Positions 49,180 through 58,064 of a DNA stretch of 60,348 nt are shown here, one piece after another. The notes beneath the pieces were generated by a model that made no database searches, had not been told where the DNA came from, and was given only the letters and a program-made list of their open reading frames with translations. Position 1 is the first letter of the stretch; every line of letters begins with the position of its first letter. This DNA comes from a virus (taxonomy: Duplodnaviria; Caudoviricetes): positions 1 to 60,348 of the IMG/VR virus record IMGVR_UViG_3300030606_000007. One strand, written 5' to 3'. A program made the position numbers and the translations under genes.

Positions 49180-51110
49180 GGACGACCACGGCCGCGCAGG
49201 ACATCTACCTCGCGGCGAAGGACCGCAAGAGCCTCAACAGATTCCATGTCGAGGACGCGGACGGCGTCATGCAGGACATCTCCGACTTCTACATCAGCGG
49301 AGAGATCAGCGCCGATGAGGACACGCCGATCAGCGCCGCCACCATCGTTCTCTGGCGCAAGCAGGACGGGGCGAGCCTGTCGCCGCTGATCGAAGGCTCG
49401 AGCCTCAACCGCGACTCCACGGGCGCCTACGCGCCGCTCGTGAACCCGTACCGACGGATCACGGTCGAGACGGCTCCATTGCTGCCGGGCGAGGAGGTGG
49501 TCGAAGGCGACTGGCTGCTGCTGTGGGAGGGCCTCGTCGACGAGATCGACTGGGGCGGCTTCTCGTCCCGGGTGGTCATCAACGCCCGCGACCCCATGGC
49601 CAAGCTGCACGACAGGATCATCGAGACGGTGAGCGAGTACGGCACCGAATCCGGCCAAGCGATCGAGGACGTGATGCAGGAGATCCTCGACGACAACTTC
49701 GGGTCCGAGTTCGTGCTGGTGACGATCGGCGACCCGGACTTCGTGATCTTCACCTACGAGCTGGGCAACGTCAGCGTTCTCGACGCGCTCAAGGAGCTCG
49801 CCGACCTGATCGGCTGGAACCTGCACTGGAGGTGGCTCGACTCACCGGGCGAGTTCGGGCTGGTGTTCTACGAGCCGGACCGGGACAACGTGACCTCGGC
49901 CTACACGTTCGGACCCGACGACTACTACGACGTGGCCAGGGTCGGGCTCGGAGTGCACGGGATCCGGAACGCGGGCGAGGTGCTCTTTTCGGACAACAAC
50001 GACGAGCAGCAGAGCGTCACGGACGACCGCTCCAACTCCATCGCGATCTACGGCCGCAGGTTCATCAGGCTGGACGAGCGTAACGGGCCGATCTTCAACG
50101 GCACGCTCGCCAGTGAGCTGCTGAGCCGTGTCCTCGACGACCTCGAGGAGCCGTCGGTGCTCCAGGAGATCGAGGCGGCGTTCCACTTCCCGATTGAGCT
50201 CGGCGACCTCTACACGTATTTGGCCAACGGTGAGCACTACGACACCGATCAGGACTGGGCGGTGTTCGGCTACCGGCACATTCTGACGCCGGACCGGTGC
50301 AGGACGATCATCAGCGCATCCGGCAAGGCGTCTGGTGGGTTCGACCGGTGGCACCGGCGGGAGGGGACGGGGAGCGGTGGACGGGCCGCCTTGGCCAGCG
50401 TGGAGGTCACGTTCGACGCGAACGGCCAGGCTGTCGTCTCTGTCACAGGCGCCTCTGACACGTCCGCGATCTACGTCACAGTAGGGGACGGCACGGAGCC
50501 GGCCGATCCTACGTCGGTGGCGAACAACGGTGAAGTATTAGGGCGTAGCGGCACGATCGAGACGGGCGTGAAGGTCACGACCGGGAGAGACGCGTTCGTG
50601 AAGGTGGTCGTGGAGGACGGTACGGGCGCGATCGGGCCGGTGTCGAGCGCCAAACAGGCGCGGCGGCTTGGCCCCTTTCACAAGGACACGAGCTCCCGAT
50701 CGCATACCGGCGACACAGTCGAGACCACGCTCGATACCATCGCAATACCTGCCGGCGTGCTCGGCACGAACGGAGGGATGCGTTTCGGATACTTGATGAC
50801 GCTCAACCCGAACGCGACCGCTGTCGTACGGGTGAATCTCAACGGTGAGCTCTTGGCGCTCGCCACGTTCGGCGGGTCTGCTGTGAATCGGTTATTTGGC
50901 GAGGTTCTCATCTTCAACGACGGCGCGACCAACGACCAGCGCATCATCAATTTCACAGTCAGTAACGACGGGGGGGCCACCGCGGGGGTCACCAATCAGG
51001 CGGAGGACTCGACTGCGGACATGGACATCACGGTCACGATCGAGCTGGGGTTGTCGACTGACACGGCGACCCTGAGCACGACTTTCGCCGAGCTGATCGG
51101 GACGGATTAG
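49176..51110 (+). CDS. Tail hub/baseplate tip protein
   Basis: WEG.VDEI, I.ARD..AKL, S...YGRR, IELGD; beta-rich C-terminus. Confidence 0.65.
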   Translation: MRTTTAAQDIYLAAKDRKSLNRFHVEDADGVMQDISDFYISGEISADEDTPISAATIVLWRKQDGASLSPLIEGSSLNRDSTGAYAPLVNPYRRITVETAPLLPGEEVVEGDWLLLWEGLVDEIDWGGFSSRVVINARDPMAKLHDRIIETVSEYGTESGQAIEDVMQEILDDNFGSEFVLVTIGDPDFVIFTYELGNVSVLDALKELADLIGWNLHWRWLDSPGEFGLVFYEPDRDNVTSAYTFGPDDYYDVARVGLGVHGIRNAGEVLFSDNNDEQQSVTDDRSNSIAIYGRRFIRLDERNGPIFNGTLASELLSRVLDDLEEPSVLQEIEAAFHFPIELGDLYTYLANGEHYDTDQDWAVFGYRHILTPDRCRTIISASGKASGGFDRWHRREGTGSGGRAALASVEVTFDANGQAVVSVTGASDTSAIYVTVGDGTEPADPTSVANNGEVLGRSGTIETGVKVTTGRDAFVKVVVEDGTGAIGPVSSAKQARRLGPFHKDTSSRSHTGDTVETTLDTIAIPAGVLGTNGGMRFGYLMTLNPNATAVVRVNLNGELLALATFGGSAVNRLFGEVLIFNDGATNDQRIINFTVSNDGGATAGVTNQAEDSTADMDITVTIELGLSTDTATLSTTFAELIGTD

Positions 51111-51124
51111 GCATGACCACAAGA

Positions 51125-51553
51125 TCAATCAGGGATGAGCGGATTCGGCAGCCTACGCTCCTCGGAGCAAGAGGTCCAGGCCGGATGCGTGTGCTCCGGA
51201 GGCTCGTCCGCGCCGAGCCAGGCGTGCAGCATCTCGTGTCGCGCGGCGTACCACCAAGGCTGGTCATAGATCCACCGCGACAGGTAGATGTCCACCGGGC
51301 GGTCATGGCAACCGAAGGTCCGAAGGTGGAAGTCGCCGCACATGAAGTAGTCCGCCTCGACCCTGCGCCAGCGCAGATCATCGACACGTACCGGAGGGAT
51401 GACGCCAGCGCACTCGGACAGGGTTTGCCACAGCGAGTCCGCGACCGCGGGGGCCTCGACCTCGGTCGAATACACGTAGAGGCTTCCGTCAGCGGGACCG
51501 ATGACGTCCCCGCATCCGGAGAGCACGATCAGGGGGAGGGCGAGCGTTCGCAC
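51125..51553 (-). CDS. Lipoprotein with HExxH motif (moron)
   Basis: GGAGG RBS; signal peptide with lipobox LSG-C; RHEMLHA; several Cys. Confidence 0.75.
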   Translation of the reverse strand: MRTLALPLIVLSGCGDVIGPADGSLYVYSTEVEAPAVADSLWQTLSECAGVIPPVRVDDLRWRRVEADYFMCGDFHLRTFGCHDRPVDIYLSRWIYDQPWWYAARHEMLHAWLGADEPPEHTHPAWTSCSEERRLPNPLIPD

Positions 51554-52057
51554 GGGGACCTCCGTTCAGCGGATACCGCCGTCGGATCGACGGTGAAATC
51601 GCGGGCCATTTCGTCCCGCCGCTCTTTTCCTGCCTTCTACCTTCTCTTTCCTACCCTTCCACCTTCGTTGGTGAGGCTTGGTGCCGAGGCAGAGCGATCC
51701 CTAGGGAATCGAGCTACCTCGCTACCTTCGTCGGAGCCGGCCCGGCGACACGAGGGCGGGGCAGCGGTCACGCTTCCCGCTTGGCAGTTTTGCCGAGTGA
51801 CCTCGACCCTGACCGGGCTATCTGCCTTTTGCTCTGCCCTCGCCGGCTTCGTCCCTGGTAGCCAGCCCGCTCGCGCTGCAAGGCCAGGCGGTTTCACCCT
51901 CCCCCTTGCAGGCTTCGCGTGCAGGCAAAAGAGAACGCCTTGCACGCTAGCAATCATTGTCGCTGGCTCCGAAACACGACATGTCCGGCGCAGGGCCGGA
52001 AAGCGTACAAGGCGTTCTCTACAGCTTTTGTCGTGTTCCCGGAGCCCATCGATTGCT
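51554..52057 (-). ncRNA. Large structured RNA / 5' leader (~500 nt), family unknown
   Basis: Many long complementary segments whose mismatches are G-U pairs only on the minus strand; starts at the predicted TSS. Confidence 0.7.
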
Positions 52058-52063
52058 GAAAGG

Positions 52064-52092
52064 ATGATACACGCCACGCCGGCAAAGGTCAA
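52064..52092 (-). promoter_or_regulatory. Sigma70 promoter TTGACC-N17-TATCAT, TSS ~52057
   Basis: -35 at 52092-52087, -10 at 52069-52064; the +1 A is the first base of the first helix. Confidence 0.75.
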
Positions 52093-52248
52093 CCTGCACG
52101 GAGGCTCCCGTGTGTGAGGTGACCAGCGAGATCAGGCGGAAGCCCTTTGTTGGGCGGTGGTTGGTCGAAATAGCCCGCGACTCCAAGGAGATCGTGCGGA
52201 AGTGCAGGGAAGTGATGGAGCTCAAGGAACCCCAGCCCGAGGTGGACA

Positions 52249-52545
52249 ATGGTGGGTCCGGAACGCAGCGGCGTGCCTGATTCCTGGGCCGAGGGGGCGA
52301 TCCGGGAGGCGGCCGAGGGCGTCAAGGAATTGCGGAGGTGGTTCCTCGGCAACGGCTCTGAGGGTGTGGCGGCAAGGTTCGCGCGCATGGACGAGCGGCT
52401 GAAGGCGATCGAGGCGAAGATCGATGGTCTCGAAAGGGCCGGCGGGCGCGCAACAGAGGCGGAATGGCGCTTTTGGGCCAAGATTGTCGGGGTCGCGTCG
52501 GTGGCTGCCGGCGCGATAGAGGGCATCGCAATCCTGATCAGATGA
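52249..52545 (+). CDS. Coiled-coil protein with C-terminal TM helix (holin/XhlA-like)
   Basis: GNGSEGVAARFARMDERL...; hydrophobic C-terminus. Confidence 0.55.
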   Translation: MVGPERSGVPDSWAEGAIREAAEGVKELRRWFLGNGSEGVAARFARMDERLKAIEAKIDGLERAGGRATEAEWRFWAKIVGVASVAAGAIEGIAILIR

Positions 52546-52556
52546 GGAGACGCATC

Positions 52557-52754
52557 ATGGACCACTACTACTGGTGGAAGGGCTCGGACCTGCTGGCGAA
52601 CGGCTTCCTGCCGATGATCCTGAAAGAGGGCGCGGAGAACCTGCGGATCGATTTCCATCCACAGGACGGGATGCTGGTCATCAAGGACGCTGCCACGGGC
52701 GAAGTCTGTGGTACCTACAACCAGAGCCACACCTGCCCGCCGGATTGCCCGTGA
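52557..52754 (+). CDS. Small protein ending in NQSHTCPPDCP (CPPxC motif)
   Basis: AGGAG RBS, 65 aa, coupled to the next gene by GTGA. Confidence 0.7.
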   Translation: MDHYYWWKGSDLLANGFLPMILKEGAENLRIDFHPQDGMLVIKDAATGEVCGTYNQSHTCPPDCP

Positions 52755-53254
52755 TCGAGCTCGCCCACTACTCCGCGCTCGCACCATTGGCATTTCTGCT
52801 GGCGTTCAGGAGGGACGTGCGCGCGGCTTATTGGATCGTCGCCATCGCGTTCTCGGTCAGCTTCTTCGCGGACACGGCAGCGGCGTTCATGGGTGGGTCG
52901 TGGGCTCCGTCCGCGGTCTACCCGGTGGTGCAATTCGGGTTGATCGCGCTGGCGTTCGGCGGCTACGTGTGGGGGCTCGCGGTGGCTGCCGCGGTGCTCC
53001 TCACGGTCACGGACGTACCGCCCGCCCTGCCCTATGCGCTCGGCTCCGTGGCGGTCATGTGGCTGGCGCGTGAGCACAAGCTTGCCGCTCCGGTGCTCGT
53101 TTATTTCGGGCTCGGAACCGCGCTCTACCTCGGCATGATCCGCCACGCCACACCGGAGGCTTACGAGCCGTTCATGCGCTGGTGGTACCCGTATCAGACT
53201 GCACGGCTCAGCGCGTTCGGCCTGTTCATGCACGTGGCCTGGAGGGAGGCGTGA
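52751..53254 (+). CDS. Multipass membrane protein
   Basis: About 6 hydrophobic segments. Confidence 0.75.
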   Translation: MIELAHYSALAPLAFLLAFRRDVRAAYWIVAIAFSVSFFADTAAAFMGGSWAPSAVYPVVQFGLIALAFGGYVWGLAVAAAVLLTVTDVPPALPYALGSVAVMWLAREHKLAAPVLVYFGLGTALYLGMIRHATPEAYEPFMRWWYPYQTARLSAFGLFMHVAWREA

Positions 53255-53604
53255 TGTCCCATCACGAGAACGACACCCACGTCGGGCGGCTCCTCGCTCA
53301 GGTCCCGCCGGAGAAGCTTCCACGAAAGTGGTTCCGCACCGCTGGTGGGGTGGCGCTCTTTCTCTTTGGCTCGGCCGTCTCCGTCGCGTCGTTCATCGCC
53401 CCGATCCTGATGATCGAGCGTGGCGGCGAGATTGGCGTGTGGACGGTCGTTCTCGCGCTGGTGCCGTTCCTCGGCGGGCTGCTGTGTGCCGTGCTCGGGG
53501 GCAGCGTGTGGTCGGGCGAGTTGATGTGGGCTCAGGCCAAGGACCTGCTGCGTACCGCGGGGAACGTGCTTCGCATCTTCCGGCGCAACGGCAACAGCAA
53601 ATGA
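53254..53604 (+). CDS. Two-TM membrane protein, holin candidate
   Basis: Two hydrophobic helices, basic C-terminus; near the endolysin candidate. Confidence 0.55.
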   Translation: MSHHENDTHVGRLLAQVPPEKLPRKWFRTAGGVALFLFGSAVSVASFIAPILMIERGGEIGVWTVVLALVPFLGGLLCAVLGGSVWSGELMWAQAKDLLRTAGNVLRIFRRNGNSK

Positions 53605-53765
53605 GCCTCGAAGACTTGGAGAGCTACGCCGTGGAATGCGAGAAGCTCCTGGCCGACATCGAGCGTGGGAAGGCTCCTACGCCCGCGAAGCTCGTGCGCG
53701 TGCTGAGGGACGCGGCGCACGCGCTCAGGAACGCTCAGAACGTAATCGGACTGGAGAAGGGTTGA
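53601..53765 (+). CDS. Small hypothetical protein
   Basis: Coupled ORF MSLEDLESYA... Confidence 0.45.
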   Translation: MSLEDLESYAVECEKLLADIERGKAPTPAKLVRVLRDAAHALRNAQNVIGLEKG

Positions 53766-54241
53766 TGCTGAACCTGGAGCTCTCCCGCTACGGCTTCGGG
53801 CTGGACTCGACGCTCGGGCGTCTCTACCTGTCGGGCGACGAGCGCGCATTCGAGTGCTTCACGTTGGAGGACGAGCGCCGGCGCGTGAAGGTCCAGGGCG
53901 AGACGGCGATTCCTCCGGGCACCTTTCCGGTCACGCTCAGGACCGAGGGCGGCATGCACGTCCGCTATTCCGAGCGCTTCGCCGAGCTGCACCGCGGGAT
54001 GCTCTGGCTCCAGAACGTGCCCAACTTCGAGTGGGTCTACCTCCACGTCGGTAATTCGGACGAGCACACCGAAGGCTGCATCCTCGTGGGCCAAGTGCCG
54101 GTCATCTTGCCCAACGGTGAGTTCGAGATTGCCAAGAGCGCCGACGCCTACGTGCGGCTGTACCGGCGCGTGATCGAGGCGATGGACGCCGGCGAGAAGG
54201 TCGCCATCCACATCCACGACACGACGGAGGCGTTCGCATGA
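53765..54241 (+). CDS. DUF5675-family protein, putative endolysin
   Basis: STLGRL, CFTLED, GETAIP.G, LHVGN...HTEGCILVG. Confidence 0.82.
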   Translation: MLNLELSRYGFGLDSTLGRLYLSGDERAFECFTLEDERRRVKVQGETAIPPGTFPVTLRTEGGMHVRYSERFAELHRGMLWLQNVPNFEWVYLHVGNSDEHTEGCILVGQVPVILPNGEFEIAKSADAYVRLYRRVIEAMDAGEKVAIHIHDTTEAFA

Positions 54242-54645
54242 TCGCTCGCAAGCCGCACCCGATCTTCGCCCTCTGCTGGGTCGCATGGTCCGTCTACATG
54301 CTCGTGTGCGTGTTCCTCGCCGGCTGGGTCTACGACGTGATTCTCTGGACGTCGTGGGCTGGCATCGAGGGCTCCGGCGTCCTGATCAACACCGGGATGC
54401 GCGACACTCAATCCGAGATCGCGACATGGACCCACCGCAAGCTCGCCAAGGGTCCGTTCGCGACGGTCCCGGTTCGGGGATGGAACGCGATCCTGTTCGG
54501 TCCTTACGTCGGCTGCATCGGCCTGAACCTCTTCCAGCTTACACAGGGCCGGGGCCTCGTGATGGAGGGCTTCGGCGTGCTGGTGGCGTGCTCGGTCTGC
54601 GTCGGACTCTGGGATCACTGGACCGCGCCGCAGGTGCACGGCTGA
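54238..54645 (+). CDS. Membrane protein
   Basis: Several hydrophobic Trp-rich helices. Confidence 0.6.
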   Translation: MIARKPHPIFALCWVAWSVYMLVCVFLAGWVYDVILWTSWAGIEGSGVLINTGMRDTQSEIATWTHRKLAKGPFATVPVRGWNAILFGPYVGCIGLNLFQLTQGRGLVMEGFGVLVACSVCVGLWDHWTAPQVHG

Positions 54646-54653
54646 TGCGCGCG

Positions 54654-54968
54654 CTACTTCCCCGCCAGGGCTCGCATCTCGGGCATCGTGCGGGCGCCGG
54701 GTGCCGTGATGGTCATGTAATCCACCACGCCGGTGAGCGGTCGGCCATCGCTCGCCACGTCGTAGGTGATCCGGTCGCCCACATTCATCCCCGTGACAGA
54801 GGGGCCACCGAGGAACACGCTGAGCGTGCGGTCGCCCTCAATCGGGAAGCTCGCGCGGATCCAGCGCATGGCCTCGGGCTCACTCGCTTCCGCCGGCAGC
54901 GGCAGGTCGAGGAACCACGTCGCCAGGCCGGCGAAGATCATGCGGCGGATGAAGGCGCGGCGGATCAT
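54654..54968 (-). CDS. Small protein with twin-arginine-like signal
   Basis: MIRRAFIRRMIFAGLATWFL..AEA. Confidence 0.5.
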   Translation of the reverse strand: MIRRAFIRRMIFAGLATWFLDLPLPAEASEPEAMRWIRASFPIEGDRTLSVFLGGPSVTGMNVGDRITYDVASDGRPLTGVVDYMTITAPGARTMPEMRALAGK

Positions 54969-54991
54969 GCCCCAATCTACGGAGCCCGCCC

Positions 54992-55621
54992 ATGACCCGC
55001 CACACCCCCCTCCTCGCCTTCGTGCTTGGCGTCGTCATCTGCTACTTCGCCGTGCAACTCCGCGCCCCCGACACCGCCGTAGCCGACGCGCACGCAGCCA
55101 CCGCCGACAGCCTACGCGACGTCGCCGGGCACTGGCGCACCCTCGCCGCCCGCGATTCAGCAGCCAGAGAGGCCGAGCGTGCCGCCTACGCCGATTCGCT
55201 GGCCTCGTGGGACGCCCAGCGTGCTCAGCTAGCCGACAGGGCCCACAGAGCCAGCCAGGCCGCCTCACGCCTCGCCACCGACCTACGTGCGACGCTGGAC
55301 GCTCAGCAGGCCGCTTCGCTCGACTCGCTGCTATCGGAGCACACGGCCGAGGTCGTGGCCGTCACGGAGGAGCGGGATACCTGGCGGGCCGAGGCGTTGG
55401 CGCTCCGGGTCCACGTCGCCACGGACTCGGTGCTGATCGCCGCGCTCTGGCGTCGCGTCGAGGTGGGCGACGAAGGGTGGGCGGCGGCGACGCGGGAGAC
55501 CGAGGCGTTGCGGGATGTGATTCGAGGGCAGGGAACGCAGAACAACGTACTGAGGGCCGTCATAGGTGTCGGGCTCGCCAAGGCGGCATACGATTTCTTC
55601 AGCCCGGACAAGGGAGGGTGA
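54992..55621 (+). CDS. Spanin-like (Rz-type) coiled-coil membrane protein
   Basis: N-terminal TM, long Ala-rich coiled coil, hydrophobic C-terminal segment; lysis region. Confidence 0.55.
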   Translation: MTRHTPLLAFVLGVVICYFAVQLRAPDTAVADAHAATADSLRDVAGHWRTLAARDSAAREAERAAYADSLASWDAQRAQLADRAHRASQAASRLATDLRATLDAQQAASLDSLLSEHTAEVVAVTEERDTWRAEALALRVHVATDSVLIAALWRRVEVGDEGWAAATRETEALRDVIRGQGTQNNVLRAVIGVGLAKAAYDFFSPDKGG

Positions 55622-55623
55622 GC

Positions 55624-56052
55624 ATGGCAGCGAGAAAGCCCAAGGTCGGCGACCGGGCGATCATCGATGGGGTCGAGCTGACGGTCACGGCCGTTGAGCC
55701 CAACGGCAAGGCGAAGGTCGTCTTTGCCGACAAGGAAGCGGTGGGTCGGCCGGCGGCGGTTGCCGCGGTCCGAGCGAGGGCCGCGAAGAAGGGGACCGAG
55801 CTCGCCGCGGCCTTCAAGGTCGCGATGGCCGAGCCCGAGAAGGCCAAGCGCCGCGCGGCCACGGCCCCGCTCAAGGTGGCGCTGTTCTCACACAACAACG
55901 CCATGGCTGCCGCGCTCGCGCTGGTACCGCGCGGAACGACGGTCAGCACCGCGCTGAAGGATGTGGAGTTCGTGGAGGCCGCAGGCGCGTGGAGCGTCCG
56001 GGGTCGCCTGCTGTCGTACCAGGATCGGGTGAGCCAGAGGAGGGCTCGATAA
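55624..56052 (+). CDS. Hypothetical basic protein
   Basis: GGGAGGG RBS; MAARKPKVGD... Confidence 0.55.
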   Translation: MAARKPKVGDRAIIDGVELTVTAVEPNGKAKVVFADKEAVGRPAAVAAVRARAAKKGTELAAAFKVAMAEPEKAKRRAATAPLKVALFSHNNAMAAALALVPRGTTVSTALKDVEFVEAAGAWSVRGRLLSYQDRVSQRRAR

Positions 56053-56053
56053 C

Positions 56054-56470
56054 ATGGCTGCTTTCAATAAGTTCGAGAGTTTCGTCGACGAGCTGTGCAG
56101 TGCCGGGCACAACCTCGACGGAACCGACACGCTGGAGGTCTACCTGAGCAACGCCGCGCCGTCGGCGTCGGCGGACTCGGTCAAGGCGGACCTCGCGGAA
56201 ATCACGGCGGAGAACGGGTACTCCGGTCCGCAGGATACGCTCAACACCGGCTCGGAGACGGCCGGCGTGTTCACGGTGGCGGGCACCGACGTGGTGATCT
56301 CGGCTACCGGGGCGGTCGGGCCGTTTCAGTACGTCGTGCTCCAGAACACGACGCCGACCACACCGGCAGATCCGCTCATCGGGTGGTGGGACTATGGCTC
56401 GGCGGTGACACTCGCGAGCGGTGAGACGTTCACCATAGACTTCGGGGCCAGCATTTTCGTGGTATCTTAA
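56054..56470 (+). CDS. Small virion fibre structural protein
   Basis: FNKF..FV, L.N.AP, EI...NGY, GPFQYVVL, LIGWWDYGSAVTL..GETFT.DF, a pattern common in phage fibre modules. Confidence 0.75.
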   Translation: MAAFNKFESFVDELCSAGHNLDGTDTLEVYLSNAAPSASADSVKADLAEITAENGYSGPQDTLNTGSETAGVFTVAGTDVVISATGAVGPFQYVVLQNTTPTTPADPLIGWWDYGSAVTLASGETFTIDFGASIFVVS

Positions 56471-56496
56471 GTGGCGACAATCACTTAGGAGATGCC

Positions 56497-56976
56497 ATGA
56501 AGATGTCGGATTTGTACTGGCTGGCCGGTCTGCTGGAGGGCGAGGGCGCCTTCATGTACTCGAAGGCGTCGCCTGAGGTATCCCTACAGATGGTCGACCG
56601 GGACGTCGTGGCGCGCGCCGCCGGCATGTTTGGCGTGCCGCTCCGGGCGCCGTACACCCCCAGGGGCGAAGGGTATCGGCCCGTGTGGTGCGTGCGCGTC
56701 CACGGCTGCCGCGCGATCCAGTGGATGCAGACGCTGTATGTGCTGCTCGGGGAGCGCCGACAGGCAAGGGTCCGCGAGATTCTGGCGAAGTGGCGCGTAA
56801 CGAACTACATGCCGCGCGCGCCGCGGGGCGAGCGGTTCATGGCCATCTGCCACCCGAATCGTGTTAGGGCCGGCCATGGGCTCTGTGACGGCTGCTACAT
56901 GTACCATTGGAGGCGCAAGCCCAAGGGGGTGAAGATGCGCGACTACCTAGGAAGGCAGGGAGTGGCAACGCTATGA
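56497..56976 (+). CDS. Free-standing LAGLIDADG endonuclease-like protein
   Basis: WLAGLLEGEGAF; C-terminal CHP.R...GLC..CY zinc motif. Confidence 0.82.
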   Translation: MKMSDLYWLAGLLEGEGAFMYSKASPEVSLQMVDRDVVARAAGMFGVPLRAPYTPRGEGYRPVWCVRVHGCRAIQWMQTLYVLLGERRQARVREILAKWRVTNYMPRAPRGERFMAICHPNRVRAGHGLCDGCYMYHWRRKPKGVKMRDYLGRQGVATL

Positions 56977-57490
56977 GCGCCGACCGTGTGGTGAGAATCG
57001 AGGACGTCTCCGGCTTCTCCGAGGTCGAGACCGTGCGTGCCACGGCTCACGAAGTCGGTGGCGTGCTCCAGTGGCGCTACGAGCGCGACGTGGCGCTCCG
57101 TGCTGGCGACGCGATGGAGAACCCGCCACCGGGCGGCAAGGCGGGCGACGTCTGTACGCTGCGCATCATCCGTGGGTATGCGGGCCTGGAGAAGCCGGAC
57201 GCGGCTGAGGCGTGATGGACACTCGTACTCCTGAGCAGCTCGCGGCGGCGGGCATCACCATCAGGGTGGACGAGCGCGGTAAGCGTCATATCACGATGCG
57301 CGCCGATCCGTTCGTCATGCTGCGCGGGGGACCCCGGACCGTGCAGTGTGACTGCGGCGCCGAGCACACGTTCACGGTATCGGGACCGACCGAGGGATGG
57401 GTGCCGCCGCACCCTGGCGTCCGAGGGTGGACGTGTCCGGCGTGTCGGGGCAGTCTCGCACCGCTGAAGCTTGGAGGCGCCCGTGGCTGA
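56973..57490 (+). other. Two small hypothetical genes (56973-57215, 57212-57490)
   Basis: Coupled ORFs; the second has CxCG...CxxC. Confidence 0.5.
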
Positions 57491-58064
57491 GCATCCACCG
57501 ACCTACATCGTGACCGGCTTCGCACGCTCCGGCACGTCCATGATGATGCGCGCGCTGTACGAGGGCATGGAGCGCGAGGTCGACATGGTGGTCAACGACG
57601 AGCGCAAGGCCAAGCTCAACTCGGGCGAGCACCTGCCGAACCATGAGTATCTCGAACCATCGCTGAGGGACTTCGAGACGCCCGAGTTTCCGCGCTTCCA
57701 CGAGGGCAAGCTGCTCAAGTGCCTCATGGCCGGGATGCATCCACTGTGGCCGATGCGCGGCGGGATCCACGTCGTCCAGATGTGGCGGGACCCGAAGCTG
57801 ATCCGCGAGTCGTGGGAGAAGTGTACGACGATGGGCCCGCCGCCCAAGTGGCTGCCGGACGGCTACATGGTCCGGGCTGCTGCGTGCAGTGCGATGCTTC
57901 GGAACCGCAAGGACGTGCTGTCACACACGGACCTGTACTATCCCGAGGTCGTGGCGGGTCCGCTGGGCGCGTTCGGGAAGGTGCGTGAGGCGGGCTGGCC
58001 GCTCACCGACATGGACAGCGCAGTAGCGGTGGTCGAGCCCACGAAGATGCGCATGGTCGGCTGA
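57483..58064 (+). CDS. Sulfotransferase-like P-loop protein
   Basis: IVTGFARSGTSMMMRAL, V.MWRDP..I.ES, Y.EVV..P. Confidence 0.72.
   Translation: MAEHPPTYIVTGFARSGTSMMMRALYEGMEREVDMVVNDERKAKLNSGEHLPNHEYLEPSLRDFETPEFPRFHEGKLLKCLMAGMHPLWPMRGGIHVVQMWRDPKLIRESWEKCTTMGPPPKWLPDGYMVRAAACSAMLRNRKDVLSHTDLYYPEVVAGPLGAFGKVREAGWPLTDMDSAVAVVEPTKMRMVG

Noticed and set aside
51637-52092. 151-aa minus-strand ORF (and the + strand 51113-52117 ORF) as protein genes
   Set aside because: The minus ORF starts at the TTG of the -35 box, upstream of the predicted TSS, with no RBS and non-protein-like composition; RNA structure explains the region better
56497-56976. Group I intron or intein around the LAGLIDADG gene (also considered for the HNH at 37492)
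   Set aside because: Flanking genes look complete, there is no room for an intron core and no intein termini were seen
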